This document shows positions 53,415 through 64,000 of a stretch of 64,000 nt of DNA, in pieces (position 1 is the first letter of the stretch; every line of letters starts with the position of its first letter). Made by a program: the position numbers and the translations under genes. Under the pieces are notes generated by a model that saw only the letters and a list, made by a program, of their open reading frames with translations, was not told where the DNA came from and did not search any database. Source of the stretch: Squalus acanthias. Its lineage: Eukaryota. The stretch spans positions 92,692,001-92,756,000 of the forward strand of contig CM059432.1 in the NCBI GenBank assembly GCA_030390025.1, in the 5' to 3' direction.

Positions 53415-53755
53415 AAATAAAAACAGAAAATGCTGGAAATACTCAGCAGGTCAGGCAGCATCTGTAGAGAAAGAAACAGAGTTAACGTTTCAGGTCGATG
53501 ACCCTTCGTCAGAACTAGAAAAAGTTGGAGATGCAACAGGTTTTTCAGCAAGTGTAGGGGCAGGGAGAGGGGGGGGGGGGGGGAGGAAAGAACAAAAGGG
53601 AAGGTCTGTGATAGGATGGAAGGCAGGAGAGATTAAGAGACAAAAGGGATGATGGTGCAAGGCAAAAGGAGATGGTAATGGGACAAGTTAAAAAAAAGAT
53701 TAAAAAGTCGAGATGAGGTGTAAATGGCAGTGGCAGAATTATCAACAGCTGCCAA
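53415..53755 (-). mobile_element. Penelope-like terminal repeat fragment
   Basis: Reverse-complement homolog of 52620-52911. Confidence 0.75.
53480..53516 (-). ncRNA. Minimal hammerhead ribozyme motif, on the TPD52 sense strand
   Basis: Minus strand reads AGUU-CUGACGA-A-GGGUC(AUC)GACCU-GAAA-CG-UU-AACU. Confidence 0.7.
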
Positions 53756-54127
53756 GAATCTTTGTTGGCAGCTTTCTTCGAGGTCAGCGGCGAACGCCTT
53801 TGCTTCGCCAATGACCGCAAATTCCGGGCCAATCACGAGAGCCATCAGACCAGTCCACAAGCAAGATCCTTTGGCTTCTCATTAAGTGATTAGAAATGTA
53901 CTTTATAAAATGCTAACACACCCCCTTCAATTGAATCCACTCATACTTATGTTTTCACGACAGCACATACAGTTGTGAAAATATCAAATGTTAAAAAACT
54001 TGCGAATCTGCCTGTACATTATTAGGGTTATGATTCCACAGCACACAGCAGGTCTTAAAGTACTTTCTGGTGACACGACTCTGTTCATTGCTGAAATAGT
54101 CAAGCTTTTTAAACTAATTATGCAATA

Positions 54128-55520
54128 GGAGCCTCCTCCCACCCCTCTTCATCTAACCCGATCAACATATCCTTCTATTCCTTTCTCCCTCATGTGTTTA
54201 TGCAGCTTCCCCTTAAATGCATCTATGCTATTCACAACTACTCCTTATGGTAGCGAGTTCCACATTTTAACCACTCTCTGGGTAAGAAGTTTCTCCTGAA
54301 GTGACAATCTTATATTTATGGCCCCTAGTTTTGATCTCCCCCACAAGAGAAAACATCTTCCTCTATGTCTTCCATTTCATAATCTAAAAGGCCTCTACCA
54401 GACTGTTCAATCTTTCCTAATGTATATAATCTGTCAGTTCTGATATCATCCTTATAAATCTTGTTTGCACCTTCTCCAGTGCCTCCATATCCTTTTTTAT
54501 AATATGGAGACCAGAACAGTTCACAGTACTCCAAAGTGTGGTCTAACCAAGATTCTATACAAGTTTAACACAACTTCTCTGCTTTCAATTCTGTCCCTTT
54601 AGAAATGAAACCCAGTACTTGGTTTACTTTTTTTTTAAATGGCCTTATTTACCTGTGTCGCTACGTTTAATGATTTAAATAGCTGTACCCCCAATCCTTT
54701 TGCTCCTCTAGCCCATTTAGATTCTCAGGCCTGGATTTTAGCCCACAGATGAGTTTTGTGCTGGGGGCAGGGAGGGGGCACGCTGTTTAGAAGTTGAGAA
54801 ACCCAGAAGAACAGGTTTCCTGAATGTCCTGCAGTTTTTAACTACAGGGCTCCTTTAAATTTCTTTCCTGTTGGTTTCCTGCCCACAGGCAGTCTGATTG
54901 AAAGGCTGGAGATCTGTCAGGCAGGAAACCTGCAGAACAAGGCCGCAGCCAAAGAGATCAGGTAAGTCTAGTGGGGGGTGTTAAAGAGATCGTTGGGGTG
55001 GGGGTGTTTAAACTGTGTAGCGTGCTGGGCTGGGAGGAGACACTCCTGCTTCTCCTGGCCCATAAGAGTGCTGTAATAGCACTTAGCTCATGGAGTCAGC
55101 TCTCCTCACTCCTGCCTGGTTCCCCAAGGCCTGGGAAACCCGGCCAGCATGAGTTAAAAATAGAATAACTGTTAAATTGAAGGCAGGCAGCCTCATATTT
55201 AAATGAACAACCCCCCTCCCATGAGCGGATTGGTCACTCATCCCTCATCCGTCCTCCGTTAAAACCGCAAGTGGGTGTGTTGGGTTCCTGTTCGACTTTT
55301 GGCATTTTAACCTCCAACACAACAGCAGCCCAACTGTTTTTGGGAGTCAAGATTCAGCCCTTATTTTCCAAGGAGTATGTGGCCTCCTTATACTTACTAC
55401 CAAAATGCACCACCTCACACTTACCTATATTTAAATTAATTTGCCAATTACACACCCATTCTGCAAAATTATTAGTAATCTTGTATTTTGTCGCAATCTT
55501 CCTCAGTATTAACTATATTT
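54128..55520 (-). mobile_element. CR1 3' fragment interrupted by a MITE
   Basis: EYCELFWSPYYKK and KCEVVHFG remnants. Confidence 0.8.
54728..55340. mobile_element. Harbinger-type MITE
   Basis: Ends GGCCTGGATTTT / AAGATTCAGCCC with flanks TCA / TTA, interrupting a CR1. Confidence 0.65.
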
Positions 55521-55969
55521 TGTTAACATAAAAGACTGGCTTGTGTTCAAGGATTTTATGCAATATTAGACAGTGCAAAGAAGGGTTGCGGGGGAGGGGG
55601 GGGGGGGGAGGGAAAGAGAGAGAAAGAGCACAAGGTAGATAACTTCTCACATGGACTTGAATTTAATAAGAGGAACAGTCCCAGAAATGTATTCTGCTCC
55701 CATGGAAGATAGGCCCATCTCCAAGAATAAATGAAGATAGAAAGTTTGAACTTGCTTCTGTGTCAGGTGTCCCATTATATCTCTAGGCCATTGTCCGATT
55801 AGGATATGCTAATATTGGAGATTAGTCAGAACATTGGAAGTAGCAACTAGCAGACAGGTTGACTACATCCCATGTGAGGTGCAAGTATCAGGTATTGGCC
55901 AGAACAATGGAAGCACCCAAGTAGTATCACATTAACTATCTGGGATTGTGTCGGTCGTCCTGTTCCTTT

Positions 55970-56351
55970 TGTAATATTAAGGTCACATGTCAGGTTGAAC
56001 TGATTAAACCATCAAGATGGCTATTACGTCAAGTCTGGAGGTTTGGCGAGAAGGAACCTAGCTTCAATATACATTCTGGGCATCATGTGATATGACGCAC
56101 AAAAAAGGGAATACAAAGAACAGGTAACAGCTTCTTGAGTTAGAGCTCACTGGACGGTCGGAAGTCCAACACCTACGGAGGGCCAAGTTTGATCAGCTCG
56201 GGTCTGCAGGAAACCAGGTTGTATGAGTCTATTGTACAACTGTAATAGTTATTATACTATTGGTGTCTGAGTAATAAACTTGCATTTGGACAATACGCTC
56301 AAGCCTGAATCACGAGGAATCATTTAATTGAGTTTAAGAGATTTCCTTACA
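55970..56351 (+). mobile_element. Possible solo LTR
   Basis: TGTAA...TTACA termini and AATAAA near 56273. No TSD seen. Confidence 0.3.
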
Positions 56352-57149
56352 GAGAATCAAAAGGTGCACCATGGAATGATGGTATGCAGTTCAACTTCTA
56401 TCCTGCTGTATTGCTAATCTCAACAACATTTCAATACACAGGCACTGACTGCGTGAAAGAAATGAAGAATTAAATTCACTTCAGAAGGATTAGTCACCTG
56501 GCTACTTTCACATGCTTCCTACTGGCCATGTCAAAGAGTAACCTGGATAAAGGTCATCCATCACCTCTGCTACAGGAAAGGTACATTGATGGACAAGATC
56601 AGAAAATGGTGGTGAGGGAGGAAGTAGAAAATTATTACAGACAATAGGAAAAATGAGTGGCTTATTTGTACACATTTACCAATTCAGTTCTCAAGTCAAC
56701 TACTAGAAGCTGTGCAGGAGAATAGTTCTCAATTTCCCATGCTGTGGAAAGGAACCAGGAATTCATCTTCCTCCTCACCTCTGCCAAAAAAAAAGCCAGG
56801 GCTGTGGATTGAAGCCACAAATCCATCCCTCACTACTGGAGAATGCAATTTTCTAAAGCCATTCAAATGGCAGAGGCCTGGGAGCAGGTTGCCCATCTGT
56901 CATGTTGAGAAAGGATAGTGTTTGATGGGCAAGAACACTTTTATAAGTTATAGGAGAAAGGATTTTGATGAGAATGCTTAGCTTTTAGGGCGGGGGGGGA
57001 GATGGCCCAAGTTCTCTGACCAAAATGGATACAATGGATTGGAGACACCAGCAGCGACAGAGCATAAAACAGCAGGGGAAACAGAGTCGACCTGATTGGA
57101 GACACCAGCAGCGGCCGAACTGTCGACGATTACCAAAAAAACCGAAGAG

Positions 57150-60100
57150 TGACATGAGAAGTGTGAGGTGATGCATTTTGGCAGAAGGAACAGGGAGAGG
57201 CAATATACACTTAATGGCACAGTTTTAAAGAGTGTGCAGGGACAGAGGGACCTGGGAGTTAATGTGCATAGGTCCCTGAAGGTGGCAGGATATATTGAGA
57301 AGAGGGGTTAGCAAAGCATATGGGATCTTGGGCTTCATAAATAGAGGTATTGAGTACAAAAGTAGAGAAGTTATGCTGAACCTTAATAAAGCGCTGGTGA
57401 GGCCACAACTGGAGTTTTGCATCCAGTTCTGGTCACCACCCTTTAGGAAGGATGTGAAGGCCCTTGAGAGGGTGCAGAGGGGATTTACCAGAATGATAGA
57501 AACATAGAAGATAGGAGCAGGAGTAGGCCATTCGGCCCCTCGAGCCTGCTCCGCCATTCGATGAGATCATGGCTGATCATCCAAACTCAGTATCCTGTAC
57601 CTGCCTTCTCCCCATATCCCTTGATACCTTTAGCTTTAAGAAATATATCTAACTCATTCTTGAACATATTTAATGACTTGGCCTCAACTACCTTCTGTGG
57701 TAGAGAATTCCACAGGTTCACCACTCTCTGGGTGAAGAAATTCCTCCTCATTTCTGTCCTAAATGGCTTACCCCTTATCCTTAGATTATGACCCCTGGTT
57801 CTGGACTCTCCGACCATCAGGAACATTCTTCCTGCATCTAGTTTGTCCAGACCTGTCAGAATTTTATATGTTTCGATGAGATCCCCTCTCATTCTTCTAT
57901 ACTCCAGCGAGTATAAGCCCAATCGACCCAATCTCTCCTCATATGTCATTCCTGCCATCCCAGGTATCAGCCTTGTGAATCTTCGCTGAACTCCTTCCAT
58001 GGCAAGAACATCCTTCCTCAGATAAGGCGACCAAAACTGCACACAGTACTCAAGGTGTGGTCTCACCAAGGCCCTGTACAACTGCAGCAGACATCCCTGT
58101 TCCTATACTCAAACCCTTTCGCTATGAAGGCCAACATACCATTTGCCTTCTTCACCGCCTGCTGCACCTGCATGCTTACCTTCAGCGACTGGTGCACAAG
58201 GACACCCAGGTCTCGTTGCACTTCCCCTTCTCCCAATCTATTGCCATTCAGATAATAATCTGCCTTTCTGTTTTTGACACCAAAGTGGATAACCTCGCAT
58301 TTATCCACGTTATATTGCATCTGCCACGCTTCTGCCCACTCACCCAACCTGTCCAAATCATCCTGGAGTTTCTCGGTATCCTCCTCGCAGCACACACTCC
58401 CACCCAGCTTTGTGTCCTCTGCAAACTTGGAGATATTACATTTAGTTCCCTTATCTAGATCATTAATGTATATTGTGAATAGCTGGGGTCCAAGGACCGA
58501 ACCCTGCGGTACCCCACTAGTCACTGCTTGCCACTCGGAAAAAGACCCATTAATTCCTACTCTCTGCTTTCTGTCCGCCAACCAGTTCTCTATCCAAGTC
58601 AATACCTTGCCCCCAATCCCATGTGCCTTAACTTTACATGCTAATCTCTTATGCGGGACCTTATCAAAAGCCTTTTGAAAGTCCAAATACACCACATCTA
58701 CTGGTTCTCCCTTATCTATTTTCCCAGTTACATCCTCAAAAAATTCCAGTAGATTAGTCAAGCACAATTTACCTTTTGTAAATCCATGTTGACTTTGTCC
58801 GATCCTGTCACTGTTTTTCAAGTGCTCAGCTATTACATCCTTTATAATGGACTCTAGCATTTTCCCCACTACCGATGTCAGGCTTACTGGTCTGTAATTC
58901 CCCGCTTTCTCTCTACCACCCTTTTTGAATAGTGGGGTAACATTAGCTACCCTCCAATCCATGGGTACAGTTCCAGATTCCATCGAATGTTGGAAGATGA
59001 TCAGCAATGCATCTACTATTTCTAGGGCCATTTCCTTAAGTACCCTAGGATGTAGATTATCAGGCCCTGGGGATTTATCGGCCTTCAATCCCGTCAATTT
59101 CCCTAACACCATTTCCCTGCAAATACTGATTTCTTTCAGTTCCTCCCTTTCATCAGACCCCATGTTCTCCAACATCTCTGGGAGGTTATTTGTGTCCTCC
59201 TTTGTGAAGACAGAACCAAAATATGCATTTAATTGGGCTGCCATTTCTTTGTTCCCCATTATAACCTCCCCCGCTTCTGACTGCAAGGGACCTACACTTG
59301 ATTTCACTAATCTTTTTCTCTTCACATATCTATAAAAGCTCAGTCAGTTTTTATGTTCCCTGCAAGCTTACTTTCATATTCTATTTTCCCCTTAATTAAT
59401 CCCTTTGTCCTCCTTTGTTGAATCCTAAGCTGCTCCCAATCCTCAGGGTTACCGCTTTTTCTGGCCAATTTATATGTCCTCTCCTTGGATCTTATGCTAT
59501 CCCTAATTTCCCTTGTTAGCCACGGTTGAGTCACCCTTTTTGTTTTATTCTTATGCCACACTGGGATGAACAAATTCCGTAGTTCATCCATGCAGTCTTT
59601 GAATGTTTGCCATTGCCTATCCACCGTCAACCCTTTGAGTGACATTCCCCAATCAATCCTACCCAATTCGCGCCTCATACCATCGTAGTTTCCTTTATTT
59701 AAATTCAGGACCCTAGTCTCTGATTCAACTACTTCACTCTCCATCCTAATGAAGAATTCTATCATATTATGATCACTTTGACCCAAGGGGCCTCGTACAA
59801 CAAGATTGCTAATTAATCCTTTCTCGTTACATAATACCCAGTCTAAGATGGCCTGATCTCTGGTTGGTTCCTCGACATATTGTTCCAGAAAACCATCCCG
59901 TAAACATTCTAGGAATTCCTCCTCCACAGTATTTTTACTAATTTGGTTAGCCCAATCTATATGTAAATTAAAGTCACCTATGATGACTGCTGTGCCCTTA
60001 CTGCATGCTTCTCTAATTTCCCTTTTAATGCTGTCCCCAACCTCCGTATTACTGTTTGGAGGTCTAAATACCACTCCCACTAACGTTTTCTGCCCCTTGT

Positions 60101-60730
60101 TATTTCTCAGTTCTACCCATACAGATTCCACATCATCAGAGCTAATATCCTTCCTTTCAATTGTGTTAATCCCCTCTTTAACCAGCAATGCTACCCCACC
60201 TCCCTTTCTTTTTGCCCATCTTTCCTAAATATTGAATACCCCTGGATGTTGAGATCCCAGCCTTGGCCACCTTGATGATTCCGGGGATAGGGGGATCTTG
60301 GCTACGAGGACAGGATGGAGAAGCTGAATTTGTTTTCATTAGAGCAAAGGAGGTTGCGGGTTGATTTGATAGAGGTGTACAAGATTATGATGGGTTTGGA
60401 TTGGCTAGACAGGGAAAGGCTGTTCCCACTAGTTGATGGTGCAAGGACTAGGGAACACAGATTTAAGGTTCTGGGCAAGAGATACAGGGGGATGTGAGGA
60501 AAAACTTTTTAACGCAGCGAGTGGCGAGGACCTGGAATTCACTGCCGACGGAAGTGGTGGAAGCGGACACATTCAATGTTTTCAAGGGGAGACTGGATAG
60601 GCACTTGAGGGAAATAAACTTGCAGGGCTACGGGGATAGAGCGGGGGAATGGGACTGACTGGATTGCTCTACAGAGAGCCGGCACGGACTCGATAGGCCG
60701 AATGGCCTCCTTCTGTGCCATTATGAGACT
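57150..60730 (+). mobile_element. CR1 3' fragment (57150-57497 and 60275-60730) split by a younger CR1
   Basis: KCEVMHFG...LERVQRGFTRMI resumes after the insert as PG...LEQRRLRVDLIEVYK. Confidence 0.88.
57498..60274 (-). mobile_element. Relatively young CR1 LINE ORF2 (APE + RT), few disruptions
   Basis: ORFs of 282, 420 and 164 aa carry the RT motifs, with FADD changed to FAED. TSD ATGAT at 57493-57497 and 60275-60279. Tail tctatgtttct. Confidence 0.95.
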
Positions 60731-60732
60731 AC

Positions 60733-63700
60733 GACATCACAGGACAGCAAGTAGGTGATTGGTTGGTGAGTATTAAGGTTTTTTTTTTCCTCTCTAACCT
60801 TGGACAGTGGTTTAAACTAGGAGCGGGAAACTATAAAGTACATTAAAATGGACTGCAAAAGCTTCTATAAATATGTAAAAAGAAAGAGGTTAGTAAAAAC
60901 AAACGTAGGTCCCCTGCAGTCGGAAACAGGGGAAGTCGTAATGGGGAACAAGGAAATGGCAGATCAATTGAACAAGTACTTTGGTTCGGTGTTTACTGTG
61001 GAGGACACACACAACCTGCCGGAAATAAAAGGGGTCAGAGGATCTGGTAAGAGGGAGGAGCTGAGGGAAATCCTTATTAGTCGGGAAAAGGTATTGGGGA
61101 AATTGATGGGACTGAAGGCTGAAAAATCCCCGGGGCCTGATGGTCTGCATCCCAGAGTACTTAAGGAGGTGGCCTTGGAAATAGTGGATGCATTGACGAT
61201 CATTTTCCAACATTCCTTAGACTCTGGATCAGTTCCGATGGAGTGGAGGGCGGCCAATGTAACCCCTCTTTAAAAAAGGAGGGAGGGAGAAAGCAGGGAA
61301 TTATAGACCGGTCAGCCTGACATCGGTCGTGGGTAAAATGATGGAAGCAATTATTAAAGATGTCATAACAGACCATTTGGAAAGTGGCGACATGATAGGT
61401 CCAAGTCAGCATGGATTTGTGAAAGGGAAATCATGCTTGACAAATCTTCTGGAATTTTTTGAGGATGTTTCCAATAGGGTGGACAGGGGGGAACCAGTAG
61501 ATGTGGTGTATTTGGACTTTCAGAAGGCCTTCGACAAGGTCCCACACAAGAGATTGGTGAGCAAAGTTAAAGCACATGGGATTGGGGGTAATGTGTTGAC
61601 GTGGATTGAGAACTGGTTGGCACACAGGAAACAAAGAGTAGGAGTAAATGGGTACTTTTCAGAATGGCAGGCAGTGACCAGCGGGGTACCGCAGGGTTCG
61701 GTGCTGGGACCCCAGCTGTTTACATTATATATTAATGATTTGGACGAAGGGATTAAATGCAATATCTCCAAATTTGCGGATGACACTAAATTGGGAGGCA
61801 GTGTGAACAATGAGGAGGATGCTAGGAGGCTACAGAGTGACTTGGACAGGTTGGGTGAATGGGCAAATGTATGGCAGATGAAGTACAATGTGGATAAATG
61901 TGAGGTTATCCACTCTGGTGGTAAAAATAGAGAGGCGGACTATTACCTGAATGGTGGCAGATTAGGGAAAGGGGAGGTGCAACGAGACCTGGGCGTCATG
62001 GTACATCAGTCACTGAAGGTGGGAATGCAAGTGCAGCAGGCAGTCAAGAAAGCAAACGGAATGATGGCCTTCATAGTAAGGGGATTTGAGTACAGGAGTA
62101 GGGAGGTGATGCTGCAGTTGTACAGGGCCTTGGTGAGGCCACACCTGGAGTATTGTGCGCAGTTTTGGTCTCCTAACTTAAGGAAGGACATTCTTGCTAT
62201 TGAGGGAGTGCAGCGAAGGTTCACTAGATTGATTCCTGGGATAGCCGGACTGACATATCAAGAAAGATTGGGTCAACTGAACTTGTATCCTCTGGAGTAC
62301 AGAAGAATGAGGGGGGATCTTAGAGACATTTAAAATCCTGACTGGTTTAGACAAATTAGATGTGGGCAGAATGTTCCCAATGTTAGGGAAAACTAGAACC
62401 AGGGGTCACAGTCTAAGGATTAAGGGGAAGCCATTTAAGACTGAGCTGAGGAGGAACTTCTTCACCCAGAGAGTGGTGAATCTATGGAATTCTCTTCCAC
62501 AGAAGGTTGTAGAGGCCAGTTCGCTAAATATATTCAAAAGGGAGTTAGATATAACACTCACAACTAGGGGGATCAAGGGGTATGGCGAGAAAGCAGGAAT
62601 GGGGTACTGAGGTAGCATGTTCAGCCATGAACGCATTGAATGGCGGTGCAGGCTCGAAGGACCGAATGGTCTACTCCTGTACCTATTTTCTATGTTTCTA
62701 TGTATTAAATTTATAGCTTAACTAGTTAAACTATTTAATATAACTATAAATAATCATTGAATAAAGACTTCAACTAATTAAATAAATAAAATAAGGCTGG
62801 TCTAGGATTTGGCAGGGTAGGTTGCGTGTCTGGACTGCAGTTTGTGAACGGAGAGACTGTCCCAAGCAAACACGTCTGCAGGAGATGTCTCCATCTCGAA
62901 TCTCTCCGGCTCAGTGTCATTGAGCTGGAGACACTCCGACACATAAGGGAGGGGGAGGAATTTCTGGACAGTTTTATCCAGAATGCAGTCACACCCCAGA
63001 GGAAAGCACAGGTGCAGGAATGGGAGGGTGTGACTGTTAGGGAGACAGGTAGCAGGGATTCAGGAGAGGTTGAGAAGGAGGTCACGCAGACACTGGTCCT
63101 GTCCAACATGTACGTAGTGCTCGCTACCTGTGAGGACAAAGAGAAAGACTGTAGGGAGGACAGCCACAATGCAGACCAAGGCACTGTGACTCAGAAGGCT
63201 GTCCAAGGAAGGGGGGAGGGGGGGGGGGGGGGGAAAGAAAGGAGAGAGCAGAATAGAAATGTGATAGTGATGGGGGACTCTAATTAGGGGGGATAGATAT
63301 CGTCCTCTGCAGCCAAGAACGAGAATTCTGAAGGGTGTGTTGCCTACCCGATGCCAGGGTAAGGGATATCTCACGGCAGCTGGAGAGGAGCTTGGAAAGG
63401 GAGGGTGGAAATCCAGTTGTCGTGGTCCATGTTGGAACAAATGACATAGCGGGACCTCCTCCCTGTTCCTACCTAAAAGAGTATCAGGAGTTAGGCTCCA
63501 AATTAAAAAACAGGACCTCGAGGGTAATAATCTCTGGATTACTGCCCGAGCCACATGCAATTTGGCATAGAAGGAGGCAGATCAGGGGAATTAACACGTG
63601 GCTAAAGGGCTGGTGTGGGAAAGAGGGATTCCTTTTCATGGGACACTGGCACCAGTTCTGGGACAGGAAGGAGCTGTACCGATGGGACGGGCTCCACTTG

Positions 63701-63888
63701 AACCGGGATGGCACCCGTGTCCGAGCGAAAAGGGTAAATAGGGAGGTTAGGGGGTGGGGGGGTGGGGGGGGAAAAAGGGATCTACAAGAAACGTAAGCAG
63801 CCTAAATATGAACAGAACAGGAAAAGTGAGCATAGGAAAGAATAAAAAGTGAGGGAGGACATTGACGGCAAGAGAGCAAATAGAGTTA
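60733..63888 (+). mobile_element. 5' part of a CR1 (5' UTR, ORF1 with CxxC/zipper and SGNH esterase), same family as 26749-30535
   Basis: HVCRRCLHLESLRL, VMGDS, VVVHVGTNDI and DGLHLN. 63020-63888 is highly similar to 26750-27595. The putative UTR is split by the insert at 60848-62703. Confidence 0.82.
60848..62703 (+). mobile_element. 5'-truncated CR1 (RT) nested in the 5' UTR of another CR1
   Basis: ORFs of 141 and 334 aa with [21 protein letters not shown] and FADD. Tail ctatgtttctatgt. Apparent TSD ATTAAA at 60842-60847 and 62704-62709. Confidence 0.92.
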
Positions 63889-64000
63889 TTATTCTTCTTC
63901 GGCAGTCCCTCGGAACTGAGGATGACTTGCTTCCACATTAAAAATAGGAGTTCTCAGGTGACTGATGAGTCCAATGCAGGACCTACAGTCTCTGTCACAG
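63886..64000 (-). mobile_element. 3' end of a probable RTE-like LINE, running off the window
   Basis: Minus strand ends ...gagggactgccgaagaagaataataa, a short trinucleotide tail. It interrupts the CR1 abruptly. Confidence 0.45.

Noticed and set aside
56680..56780. 101-nt minus-strand segment with a good acceptor (ttttttttggcag) and donor (TTG|gtaaat) and an ATG-led peptide, as a possible TPD52 upstream coding exon
   Set aside because: The open frame ends in phase 0 but exon 38800-38915 needs phase 1, and the phase-1 frame has a TGA. It could only be non-coding, and there is no other support.
58057..59335. Long plus-strand ORFs opposite CR1 RT (also 9282-9731 and 61520-61888 on the minus strand)
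   Set aside because: These are antisense shadows of LINE ORF2 that recur in every copy.
63962..63986. CTGATGA-GTCC...GGAC resembling a hammerhead core
   Set aside because: Stem II is followed by CTAC rather than GAAA, so the catalytic core is incomplete.

Overview
This is eukaryotic, intron-rich vertebrate DNA. The repeat complement (CR1 LINEs with esterase ORF1, Penelope-like elements, L2/SINE tails, Harbingers) suggests a cartilaginous fish, which is an inference. The window lies inside one minus-strand host gene of the tumor protein D52 family, most like TPD52. Three coding exons are identifiable: 38800-38915, 20651-20798 and 13917-14018. The first and last exons were not found and probably lie outside the window. 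The middle exon is 1 nt short and frameshifted as given. The introns hold nested transposons: many CR1 LINEs, two decayed two-gene PIF/Harbinger elements (DDE transposase plus a spliced Myb/SANT gene), Harbinger-type MITEs, a Tc1/mariner MITE, and Penelope-like elements carrying minimal hammerhead ribozymes. The most interesting observations are (i) a candidate 30-nt stop-containing microexon covered by a 25-bp G-U-tolerant RNA duplex, which A-to-I editing could open, (ii) a perfect 276-bp palindrome with a hammerhead on each strand and a 12-bp target-site duplication, (iii) the exon frameshift next to a decayed copy of that exon, and (iv) a hairpin-bounded micro-inversion. Most ORF-track entries are TE fragments or antisense shadows.
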